A model generated the notes under the pieces. The model searched no databases. It was not told the origin of the DNA and was given only the letters and a program-made list of their open reading frames with translations. Shown here piece by piece: positions 26,109 through 34,169 of a DNA stretch of 64,000 nt (positions are counted from its first letter, which is position 1; each line of letters begins with the position of its first letter). A program made the position numbers and the translations under genes. This DNA comes from Candidatus Kaiserbacteria bacterium (lineage in GTDB: Bacteria; Patescibacteriota; Minisyncoccia; Phycocordibacterales; UBA2100). The stretch spans positions 33,191 through 97,190 of the forward strand of contig JACRFK010000009.1 of the NCBI GenBank assembly GCA_016217925.1, in the 5' to 3' direction.

Positions 26109-28526
26109 ATGACGTTGACATTAAAGAAAATGTCGGCTGTAATCGCAGTGAGCGCATTTTTGCTCGTTGCAGCAGGCATCGTTATCTTGGGAAACCAGCG
26201 TCCAGCTCATGCAGACCTACCACCGCCGGGCTTCGGAAGCCAGATCGTGTGTAGAGTTTTTACGGCCTTAAATCAGATCGGTCCCCCGATACCCGTTTTT
26301 CCAGGGGATTGCCAAAACCCCCCGGATGCGACCCCACAATGTTCCGATGGTATCGACAACGATAGCGATGGATTGACTGACATCGCTGATCCAGGTTGCC
26401 ACAGCGATGGCAACGCCTCAAACACAGCTTCATACAACGCCGATGACAATGGCGAGTTTAATGTACCCGCCTGTTCCGACACGCTTGATAACGACGGCGA
26501 TGCACTGATAGACACTGAGGACCCAGCGTGCCATACCGACGGAAACGCGAGCAACGCAAGCTCTTACGACCCCGGTGGCACAGACGAATCCGCGTTCGTA
26601 CCGCAATGTAAGGATGGGCTTGATAACGACGACGACGGGTTGACCGACACTGCCGACCCAGGTTGTCATACCGACGGCAACGCGAGCAATTCAAGCTCGT
26701 ATAACGCCGATGATAATGGAGAGGCCAATTTGCCGGCCTGCTCTGATTCTCTCGATAACGATGGCGACGGCTTGATAGACAGCGCCGATCCGGCCTGTCA
26801 CACCGATGGAAACTCGGGCAATCCGGACTCATATAACGCCGGCGGCACGGATGAATCCGCATCTGTCCCTCAATGTGGGGACGGGCTTGATAACGACGGC
26901 GATGGCAAGACCGACACCGCCGACCCAGGCTGCCACTCCGATGGCAACGCAAGTAACGCGGGTTCGTACGACCCAGCCGACACAAGCGAGACTGACTCAG
27001 GTGGCGGCGGGAACGGGGGCGGCGGAGGTGGGGGAGCGACTACCACCACAGGCACCCTAGTCGTCACAAAAGTGTTCAATAGCGGCACCACAACACCGGC
27101 CTTGTTCTCGTTCACGATAAACGGGACTTCTACGACTGCGTTCGGTGCGGGGGGACAAAACATCTTCACTGTCGCCACCGGCACGTATACCGTGCTCGAA
27201 GTAGCCACGAGCACCTATACCGCGAGCCACGATAATTGCGGCGCGGTCACGGTATCAGCTGGCGCGACCACCACCTGTACGATAACGAATACGCTCGTTG
27301 CCACCTCGTCCACCATGGGTACGCTCATCGTCCAAAAAGTATTTGGCAGTGGGACGACGACCCCTACACTCTTCTCACTCCTCATCAACGAGGCGGCAAC
27401 GACCACCTTCGATGCCGACGGGCAAAACGAGTTCCTCGTAGCTACCGGCACGTATACCGTGCGTGAAATGGCGACTTCAACGTATGGCGCCGTATATAGC
27501 AACTGTTCGAACGTATCAGTAAACGCGGGAACGACAACAACGTGCGTTATAACAAACACCTTGGCCGTCGCGACCTTACCTGCGTGCTCCGACGGTGTCG
27601 ATAATGATAGTGACGGCCAAATAGATATGGCAGACTCGGGATGTAATGACCCGTCCGACGATACGGAAACTGCCGCAGCGTCAACGCCGGGCGGAGGCGG
27701 AGGAGGTGGTGGTGGCGGGGGAGGTGGCGGAGGAAGCGGCGGCTCGCTCTTTCCCGTGGCTCCGGTCCTCGGCACAGGGTCTTCGGGGGGCTCTAGCGGG
27801 ACCGTTCTCGGTACTTCGACGACGACCGCACCCGCACCTACTACATCATGTGCGGCCCTCGTCTCCGACTTCATGCGGTTGGGCAAAGATAACGACCCTG
27901 AGCAAGTGCGTCGCCTGCAGCAATTCTTGAACGAGGAAATGGGCTCGAATTTGCCGATAACTGGATTTTTCGGGCCTCTCACGGATGCCGCCGTGCGTGC
28001 ATTCCAGCGCAAATATCAAAGCGACATACTTGAACCATGGGGAATCAGTGGCGACACCGGCTATGTGTATCTCACGACACGCAAGAAAATAAACGAGCTC
28101 TACTGTCGCAATACAATGCAATTTCCTCTTACTACCGCAGAACAACAGCTGATAGAGCAAAGCCGCTCCGGAGCGCAACAAGGATCCGTACCGGCTTCCT
28201 CGCAGGAACCCGGACCGGCTTCTTCCTCGCCACCGCCGACGACAGGTGATGAAGCCACGGCCCAGGACGAAAGCTCTGCTGGACCTGGCACCTCCGTTAC
28301 TGGACAGGTATTCGGCACCTCATCGGCCTCGGACACTCCTTGGGAAACTGTGGGCGCCGGTCCAACGACAGGAAACATAGGCAATTTTCCTGAAGCTTCA
28401 CCTCAAATTATTGCGGCGCTCCTTGTTCTCCTTGCACTTGGCGCTGGGTGGTACTTCTGGTACCGACGGCCCACCATCCCGCCCACCATCCCGCCCACGG
28501 GGAGCTCTAGCGCCGGAAAGGCGTAG
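26109..28526 (+). CDS. Cell-surface protein: six thrombospondin-type-3-like DxDxDGxxDxxDPxC repeats, two prealbumin/Cna-B-like domains, C-terminal PG_binding_1 domain and TM anchor
   Basis: Signal peptide. 6 x ~42-aa repeats (CSDGIDNDSDGLTDIADPGCHSDGNASN...). Poly-Gly linkers. Two copies of GTLVVTKVFNSGTTTP..F.INGTS...GTYTV.E.ATSTY....NC..V.V.AG.TTTC.ITNT. PG_binding_1-like LQQFLNEEMGSNLPITGFFGPLTDAAVRAFQRKYQ. C-terminal TM plus PTIPPTIPPT. Confidence 0.8.
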   Translation: MTLTLKKMSAVIAVSAFLLVAAGIVILGNQRPAHADLPPPGFGSQIVCRVFTALNQIGPPIPVFPGDCQNPPDATPQCSDGIDNDSDGLTDIADPGCHSDGNASNTASYNADDNGEFNVPACSDTLDNDGDALIDTEDPACHTDGNASNASSYDPGGTDESAFVPQCKDGLDNDDDGLTDTADPGCHTDGNASNSSSYNADDNGEANLPACSDSLDNDGDGLIDSADPACHTDGNSGNPDSYNAGGTDESASVPQCGDGLDNDGDGKTDTADPGCHSDGNASNAGSYDPADTSETDSGGGGNGGGGGGGATTTTGTLVVTKVFNSGTTTPALFSFTINGTSTTAFGAGGQNIFTVATGTYTVLEVATSTYTASHDNCGAVTVSAGATTTCTITNTLVATSSTMGTLIVQKVFGSGTTTPTLFSLLINEAATTTFDADGQNEFLVATGTYTVREMATSTYGAVYSNCSNVSVNAGTTTTCVITNTLAVATLPACSDGVDNDSDGQIDMADSGCNDPSDDTETAAASTPGGGGGGGGGGGGGGGSGGSLFPVAPVLGTGSSGGSSGTVLGTSTTTAPAPTTSCAALVSDFMRLGKDNDPEQVRRLQQFLNEEMGSNLPITGFFGPLTDAAVRAFQRKYQSDILEPWGISGDTGYVYLTTRKKINELYCRNTMQFPLTTAEQQLIEQSRSGAQQGSVPASSQEPGPASSSPPPTTGDEATAQDESSAGPGTSVTGQVFGTSSASDTPWETVGAGPTTGNIGNFPEASPQIIAALLVLLALGAGWYFWYRRPTIPPTIPPTGSSSAGKA
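26335..26995 (+). repeat. Six tandem ~126-nt coding repeats (TSP3-like units) inside gene 26109..28526
   Basis: Period ~126 nt recognisable at DNA and protein level (C.D.LDNDGDGL.D.ADP.CH.DGN.SN). Confidence 0.7.
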
Positions 28527-28690
28527 GGATGTAGCGGTTTTCTCCGCTCAAAATCACGCACGTTCGCGTATTGACGTTTACGAGTTCTGTCTTTGGATAC
28601 GCGAAAAGCGTTGACAGGGCAATGGACAAGTATATCTTTGGGGGCGGCGAGTTCTCACTGCTTTATTGTTTCTAATATTCCCAAAGGCTT

Positions 28691-30502
28691 ATGACGTTGA
28701 CATCACGAAGGATGTCGGCGGGGCTCGCGACGCTTTTCGCGATACTCGCGGCCGGCACCCTTCTCTTGGGAAACCAGCGTCTAGCTCATGCAGAAGTACC
28801 TCCGAATCTGGGAAGTCAGATCGTTTGTAGAGTATTTACCGACTTAAACCATATCGGACCGCCAATACCGCTTTTCCCAGGCGATTGTCAAAATCCTCCG
28901 GGCTCCCCCCCGCAGTGTTCCGACGGTATCGACAATGATGCCGACGGACTCGCAGACTATCCGGCGGATACAGGCTGCTCGAGTACGAGCGACAACACCG
29001 AAGCGCCGAATCCGCCTCCGCCGCCCCAATGCTCGAACGGGAGCGACGACGATAATGACAGCTTTACAGACCAAAACGACCCAAATTGCCACACCGATGG
29101 CGACCCGACCAATTCTGCAACGTACAACCCGAATGGCACCGAAGCGGGCAGCCTTCCCGCATGCTGGAATGGCGTAGACGATGATGGCGATGGGCTCAAA
29201 GACTTCCCGGCCGACCCCGGATGCACTTCGGCGCTTGACACCAGTGAATCAAACACGCCGACGCAGGGTCCGGAAAATACCCTTGCATTATGTTCAGACG
29301 GCATTGATAACGACGCCGATAGCAAAGTAGACCTTGCTGATCCGGATTGTGCAGGCTTCCAGGCGAAATTGGTCGTTGTGAAGATAGTTGTGAACGATAA
29401 CGGCGGCACCAGTGTGGCGTCGGACTTTTCTTTGCACATAGCTACAAGCTCTACAGGCTCTGCGGAAGCAATCGGCGTATCATCCGGCGCCACGACGACC
29501 GTGCATACGGGTACATGGACGGTGAGCGAGGTACAAAAATCCGGATATACGGCCACCTTTGGCGGTGATTGCAATACGAGCGGGCAGGTAACACTGGGAG
29601 CTGGGGAAACCAAGACGTGCACTATCACCAATAACGACATCGCGCCGTCCGCTCCGGCGTGTTCCGACGGTATAGACAACGACAACGACGGTAAAATCGA
29701 CAGCGTAGACCCCGGGTGCAGCGATGCAAACGACACGGATGAAGCAAATGCTCCGGAGTCACCCGCGTGCTCCGACGGTCTGGACAACGATGACGACGAC
29801 CTGATAGATAGCGCAGACCCCGGCTGCAACGACAGCAATGATACTGATGAAACGAACACGCCGCCGTCCTCGGGGGGTGGTGGCGCTGGCGGAGGCGGAG
29901 GTGGCGGAGGTGGGATAGGTCCTGACCTCATCTCGCCCGGCGGAGCCATATTCACGGCGGGGCCGACTGCTGCTGTCCTTGGGGTTGCAACGACGACCGC
30001 GCTTTTACCGGCCCTTGTGCTCAAACCAAAGGAATCGTGCGACATGTACGTTACGTCCTTTATAAAAAGCGGTGCAAAGAATGACGCAGATCAAGTACGA
30101 CGTCTCCAGCATGTATTGCGCGAATATGAAGGCGCCAAGATCGAGATACATGGTGTCTATGACGAACCGACTCTCGCGGCAGTGCACACATTCCAGAGCA
30201 AGTATGCCCAAGACGTATTGACCCCTTGGGGAATTACCAAGTCAACGGGCTTCACGTATCTCACGACACGCAAGAAAATAAACGAGGTGTATTGCCGCGG
30301 CACCAAACAATTCCCGCTCACGACCGCCGAGCAGCAGACAATAGTAAAATCACGTTCACCGATACAGCCACTTTCGCCAACTTCAACGAAGATCGCACCG
30401 GCGGCATCTCCTTCCCCACTTCCCGCGGAAGCGGTCCCTGAAACGGCAAAAAGCTTGTGGCAGCGTCTCCTCGACGTGGTAAAAGGAGCACGAGGGCAAT
30501 AG
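28691..30502 (+). CDS. Cell-surface protein, tandem paralog of 26109..28526 (TSP3-like repeats, one Cna-B/prealbumin-like domain, PG_binding_1)
   Basis: First 60 aa nearly identical to the upstream gene (QIVCRVFT.LN.IGPPIP.FPGDCQNPP). DNDxDG repeats. KLVVVKIVVNDNGG..DFSLHI...GTWTVSEVQKSGYTA...C.TITNND. PG_binding_1-like VRRLQHVLREYEGAKIEIHGVYDEPTLAAVHTFQSKY. Confidence 0.8.
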   Translation: MTLTSRRMSAGLATLFAILAAGTLLLGNQRLAHAEVPPNLGSQIVCRVFTDLNHIGPPIPLFPGDCQNPPGSPPQCSDGIDNDADGLADYPADTGCSSTSDNTEAPNPPPPPQCSNGSDDDNDSFTDQNDPNCHTDGDPTNSATYNPNGTEAGSLPACWNGVDDDGDGLKDFPADPGCTSALDTSESNTPTQGPENTLALCSDGIDNDADSKVDLADPDCAGFQAKLVVVKIVVNDNGGTSVASDFSLHIATSSTGSAEAIGVSSGATTTVHTGTWTVSEVQKSGYTATFGGDCNTSGQVTLGAGETKTCTITNNDIAPSAPACSDGIDNDNDGKIDSVDPGCSDANDTDEANAPESPACSDGLDNDDDDLIDSADPGCNDSNDTDETNTPPSSGGGGAGGGGGGGGGIGPDLISPGGAIFTAGPTAAVLGVATTTALLPALVLKPKESCDMYVTSFIKSGAKNDADQVRRLQHVLREYEGAKIEIHGVYDEPTLAAVHTFQSKYAQDVLTPWGITKSTGFTYLTTRKKINEVYCRGTKQFPLTTAEQQTIVKSRSPIQPLSPTSTKIAPAASPSPLPAEAVPETAKSLWQRLLDVVKGARGQ

Positions 30503-30504
30503 AG

Positions 30505-30530
30505 AAAAGCACATAGGTCGGTTCTCTGTG
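30505..30530 (+). repeat. REP-like 26-nt repeat, copy A (variant ...ctctgtg)
   Basis: gaaaagcacataggtcggttctctgtg, 40 nt upstream of the RAYT-like gene. Confidence 0.6.
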
Positions 30531-30543
30531 CTAAAATCCGGTC

Positions 30544-31242
30544 ATGCTGCGAAAAACACCCCTTCTCTCTGGAGAGACCTATCATATCTACAATAGGGGT
30601 GCGCATAAGTACGCGACCTTCACAGACGAGTCAGACTACTGGCGCTTTTCTGCGCTCCTCCATCTCGCAAATCACTCCGGCCCTGTATTGTTGCGTGAGA
30701 TTCTTGAGCGCAAAAAGCACATAGGTCGGTTCTCGGGGGAGATTTTTACTGAACAAACTGACAAGTCTCTTGTTGATTTGCTGGCATATTCACTTATGCC
30801 GAATCATTTCCATTTTGTCATCAGGCAAAAAATGGATAACGGGATCACAAAGTTTATGCAAAAACTGACCGTGTCTTATTCAATGTACTTCAATACCAAG
30901 TATGAGCATAGCGGCGTTCTATTCCAAGGCCGCTTCAAGAGCAGCCACTTAGGTACCGACCCGTACTTCAAATGGATCTTTTCCTATATCCATCTCAATC
31001 CGGTCTCTCTCGTCGAACCACAATGGAAGGAAAAAGGTATTGGCAACCCCGCGCAGTCGAAGGAATTTCTCAGAAACTATCGACACTCAAGCTACTACGA
31101 CTACTACGTGGGGGAGCGACCCGAGCGAGCAATTCTTGCGTACGATGAGGCGGTCGGTCTTCTGGACAAAGAGGCCGATCTTCAAGATATGCTAGCGGCG
31201 TATGTGAATGGCAGAGCTCTCTATTCCAACTCCAACGTATAA
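30544..31242 (+). CDS. tnpA: HuH Y1 transposase, IS200-like / REP-associated tyrosine transposase (RAYT)-like (COG1943)
   Basis: YHIYNRGAHK near the N-terminus. LMPNHFHFVI (HuH). Conserved Y in the C-terminal half. Paralogous to 55009..55704. Confidence 0.75.
   Translation: MLRKTPLLSGETYHIYNRGAHKYATFTDESDYWRFSALLHLANHSGPVLLREILERKKHIGRFSGEIFTEQTDKSLVDLLAYSLMPNHFHFVIRQKMDNGITKFMQKLTVSYSMYFNTKYEHSGVLFQGRFKSSHLGTDPYFKWIFSYIHLNPVSLVEPQWKEKGIGNPAQSKEFLRNYRHSSYYDYYVGERPERAILAYDEAVGLLDKEADLQDMLAAYVNGRALYSNSNV
30713..30738 (+). repeat. REP-like repeat, copy B (in-frame inside the transposase ORF, encodes KKHIGRFSGE)
   Basis: aaaagcacataggtcggttctcgggg. Confidence 0.6.
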
Positions 31243-31268
31243 AAAAGCACATAGGTCGGTTCTCGGGG
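31243..31268 (+). repeat. REP-like repeat, copy C (immediately after the transposase stop)
   Basis: aaaagcacataggtcggttctcgggg. Confidence 0.65.
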
Positions 31269-31550
31269 ATTTGACAAGGGCGGGTTGTTGTATAAGATTC
31301 CACGCCGGAGACCGTAGTCTCATAGAAAAAAGAAAGTGTCCTTTTGAAGAGACTTCAGAGCGGACCCGAGACCGACAGCTTTCGCTGGTTTCCCTAGGGC
31401 TTGGGTCCACTCTGGAACCTCTCCATGATGAAATTATAACTCGCGCCCGGGAAAGCACGTCGCTATCTGTGTATATTTAGGCATATTGCCCGAAAAAGAG
31501 CCTCTGTTGCAACGCGGATATACACACGCTTGTCCACAGCTTGTACACGG

Positions 31551-31576
31551 AAAAGCACATAGGTCGGTTCTCGGCG
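31551..31576 (+). repeat. REP-like repeat, copy D (variant ...tcggcg)
   Basis: aaaagcacataggtcggttctcggcg, in the intergenic region. Confidence 0.6.
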
Positions 31577-31660
31577 GTCTTAAAGCCAAGATTTCACTAG
31601 GGAGATTGACGGATAGTAATTGATTGTGTCGTATTGCATAAAATAGGCGAAATATCATTG

Positions 31661-31695
31661 ACCTGGCGCGCGATAGATACATAATGGCTGCAACG
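31661..31695 (+). promoter_or_regulatory. Putative sigma70-like promoter in the long intergenic region
   Basis: TTGACC - 16 nt - CATAAT. Followed by ~130 nt of hairpin-rich sequence ending in ggttcgcttttttatttt (31815-31835). Confidence 0.3.
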
Positions 31696-32052
31696 TTGCG
31701 TGTGTGCCCCGCATTCAGAGGGGCAGACGCGACGAGGGGAACCAGCGACATAGTATGGTCGCTGTAGGAAACAATCGTAAAGGACAGAATCTAAAGAGGC
31801 GGAGCACTCAGCTTATGGGTGGTTCGCTTTTTTATTTTGCTATCGGACAGGCTGAGGTGGAGAGCACAGCACGCTGCGCTTAAGAGACAAGCGCGTCGTG
31901 CCGTGAACTCCACGTTTCCGAGTCCGCCTCGGCGGAGGAGGAGAAGGGAAGTTCACATAAGGGTCGATAACCTATCGTCGCGTGCGCAAATTTATTAGCA
32001 AGCGAGACGGTGGATTTACCAGATTCATTAAAAAAAATCAAAACAAAACATT

Positions 32053-32769
32053 ATGCAAAACACATACGGAAAGGCAGCGGCTATCGCAACGTCGGTAGCT
32101 ATGGCTTTGGGAACATTCGGATTCGCAGCTCCTGCGTTCGCAGCTGTGAACTCTTCGAGCATCACGATCTCGATAACGAACCGTGGCTCGATCGACAACA
32201 CGACACAGGCTGATGCGCACACGGGCCAGAACATTGCGCTCGGAAGCCAGGGTGGCTTGGGCGGCAACGGCGGCTCAGTTACCTCGGCTGGCAGTGAGAA
32301 CAACGGCGGTGCGACAGCCGGCAACGGCGGCAACGGCGGCAATGGTGGAGCTGGTGGCCTCGTGACTACGGGTAACGCTTCGGCGGACGCTGGCACGCAG
32401 AACGGCCTCAACGGCACCGACGCAACAATTGAATTCGATTGCGCATGTGGTGACCTCAACAGTGTTACTGTTGGCGTAACAATCGACAACGACCGCGAGT
32501 TCCCAACCCAGAACAACATCGACAACACGACACAGGCACGTGCTCGCTCAGGGCAAAATCTTGCCGATGGCAGCACAGGTGGCGATGCAGGAACGGGTGG
32601 TGACGTGACCGGTGGCTCGGGCAGCGAGAACAACGGTGGCGCAACGAGCGGCAACGGCGGCAACGGCGGCTCGGGCGGTCTCGGCGGCGAAATCGCCACG
32701 GGCAGCGCAACCAGCAAGTCTGGTTCTGTCAACATGTTGAACACAACGATCCTTCGCGTTCGCATGTAA
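32053..32769 (+). CDS. Secreted Gly/Asn-rich repeat protein (238 aa), internal duplication
   Basis: Signal peptide (AFAAV). Two copies of ITNRGSIDNTTQA.A.TGQN.A.GS.GG..G...VT.G.ENNGGAT.GNGGNGG.GG.GG. C-terminal TGSATSKSGSVNMLNTTILRVRM. Confidence 0.65.
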   Translation: MQNTYGKAAAIATSVAMALGTFGFAAPAFAAVNSSSITISITNRGSIDNTTQADAHTGQNIALGSQGGLGGNGGSVTSAGSENNGGATAGNGGNGGNGGAGGLVTTGNASADAGTQNGLNGTDATIEFDCACGDLNSVTVGVTIDNDREFPTQNNIDNTTQARARSGQNLADGSTGGDAGTGGDVTGGSGSENNGGATSGNGGNGGSGGLGGEIATGSATSKSGSVNMLNTTILRVRM

Positions 32770-32916
32770 TCTCTGGGACTAAAGTACTTGCTTTAGTTGC
32801 AGAAGTTCTTGGAGGGTCGGTACCGCCGCCGGCGGTACCGACCTCCGGAGAGTCCTTCTTAGGGAAGGAAGGTTCTCCGGAGGGAAGCCTCTTAGCAAAA
32901 CAATATAAATAAAAAT

Positions 32917-33474
32917 ATGACAAAAACACACGGTAGAACAATGACTCTCTTCGCCGCATGCGGGCTCATTCTCGCGGGGATGTTCTTCTTGATGCCGCGC
33001 GGAGCGGACGCAGCGCAGACCACCTCCCGACTCGGCGGAGGCAATGCGCTTCTGCGGGCAACGGTTGGTCTGTTGCACGCGAGCTCCACAAGCGACATCC
33101 TCGCGCACCTCACTTTTGCGAGTACGCGTGGTGTCCCCGGTACCACATCCTCGCAAAGCTCGGATGGCTACGGGGCAGGCGAGAATGATACGGCGAACGA
33201 TACGGGAGGCAGCACTGCCGGTGGTGTCGACGGCTCGCAGGGAAACTCGGGTGAACCAGCCCCACAAGGGAACGCAAACGACAACGGCGGCAACCCCATT
33301 GGAAACTCTGCGAGTTCCAACGGGGCAGGCGGCGGCGCTACTGCCGGTAACGGAGGAGATGGCGGCAACGGAGGAGGTGCAGCGGCAGGAGGATTGGTGC
33401 GAGCAGGGAACGTCGTCTCGAACGCGAATGCGTCAAATGCGATAAACGTGACCACTGTTCGTATCAGCCGATAA
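32917..33474 (+). CDS. Secreted Gly/Asn-rich protein (185 aa), paralog of 32053..32769
   Basis: Signal peptide. G/N-rich. C-terminal LVRAGNVVSNANASNAINVTTVRISR matches the C-terminus of the upstream gene. Confidence 0.6.
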   Translation: MTKTHGRTMTLFAACGLILAGMFFLMPRGADAAQTTSRLGGGNALLRATVGLLHASSTSDILAHLTFASTRGVPGTTSSQSSDGYGAGENDTANDTGGSTAGGVDGSQGNSGEPAPQGNANDNGGNPIGNSASSNGAGGGATAGNGGDGGNGGGAAAGGLVRAGNVVSNANASNAINVTTVRISR

Positions 33475-33682
33475 TCCAAAAAACAGTATGACAACACATC
33501 TCGCAAAAAACAGCATTATAGGAACAATACTCATCGGCGCACTTTTGGCCCCGATGTTCGCCTTTGCCCAACCGTGCTCGCCTCGCCCCGGTAGCGGCGT
33601 GAGGACCCCAAGCGCCTTCAACGACATGAATGCTGTTATGGCCCGATTTCACCGCTAAGGCTAAGGAAAAGAGCACCATGGT

Positions 33683-34123
33683 ATGACAAAAACAACACAA
33701 AAAGCACATAGGTCGGTTCTCGGGGGAATGGCGGCACTTATCTTTCTCGCGGTGTTTTTAATTGCTTTTAATGCGTATGCAGATGGGGGCGCCGCGCGGG
33801 ACCGCGGGACATCCGGCCGCACCACTACTCCTACTCCACCACCACCTCCACCACCGAGCCCTGCACCGGTGCCGGTGCCGCCATCCTCAAATCCGTCCGG
33901 CGGTATTACGAACGTAACGACTGGAGAGGTTGATTCGGGCGGCAATACCGGCGGCAATGTTACGACAGGAGACGAGAGCGTGGAGATAACGGTCGTAAAT
34001 ATCGGGCCGACGAATAGTTCCCAATCGGTAATTATCCCGGGCCCGACTCCACCTCCCACGCCGGAGTGTGACTCGCGTACTCGGACAGGATGCGAGACGC
34101 AGGGTCCAGACCGCACACGTTAG
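33683..34123 (+). CDS. Secreted Pro/Gly-rich protein, same family (true start probably Met at 33728)
   Basis: After copy E of the REP-like repeat comes MAALIFLAVFLIAFNAYA (signal peptide), then PPPPPPPSP and ITNVTTGEVDSGGNTGGNVTTGDESVEITVVNIGPTN. Overlaps the next gene by ~50 nt if the track end is used. Confidence 0.5.
   Translation: MTKTTQKAHRSVLGGMAALIFLAVFLIAFNAYADGGAARDRGTSGRTTTPTPPPPPPPSPAPVPVPPSSNPSGGITNVTTGEVDSGGNTGGNVTTGDESVEITVVNIGPTNSSQSVIIPGPTPPPTPECDSRTRTGCETQGPDRTR
33700..33725 (+). repeat. REP-like repeat, copy E
   Basis: aaaagcacataggtcggttctcgggg just upstream of the signal-peptide start. Confidence 0.65.
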
Positions 34124-34169
34124 GAGGAACTATTATCCTTTATTGATTATTAATTTAGAAAATAAATAT

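Larger units (their letters stand above)
30505..31268 (+). mobile_element. RAYT-like Y1 transposase unit flanked by direct copies of the REP-like repeat
   Basis: The HuH transposase gene is bracketed by repeat copies A (30505) and C (31243), with a third copy inside the ORF. Confidence 0.5.

Noticed and set aside
27001-27740. G-rich ggnggnggn tracts (also 29869-29912, 39262-39310) considered as possible CRISPR/low-complexity repeats
   Set aside because: They are in-frame poly-Gly linkers within surface-protein genes. No repeat-spacer periodicity, so no CRISPR array is present in the window.
28957-30045. Minus-strand ORF of 362 aa (Pro/Gly-rich) inside gene 28691..30502
   Set aside because: Antisense shadow of G-rich poly-Gly/poly-Asp coding sequence. 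The sense strand carries a signal peptide, repeats and a PG-binding domain.
31270-32050. Search for SRP RNA, tmRNA or 6S RNA in the 780-nt ORF-free gap
   Set aside because: No GGAAGCAGCC (SRP), tRNA-like TTCGA...CCA terminus (tmRNA) or other consensus found by eye. Only a promoter-like element and hairpins are reported, at low confidence.
32028-32765. Minus-strand ORF of 245 aa (Pro-rich) antisense to 32053..32769
   Set aside because: The sense strand encodes a signal peptide and a Gly/Asn repeat protein with paralogs. The antisense frame is low-complexity PPLP shadow.
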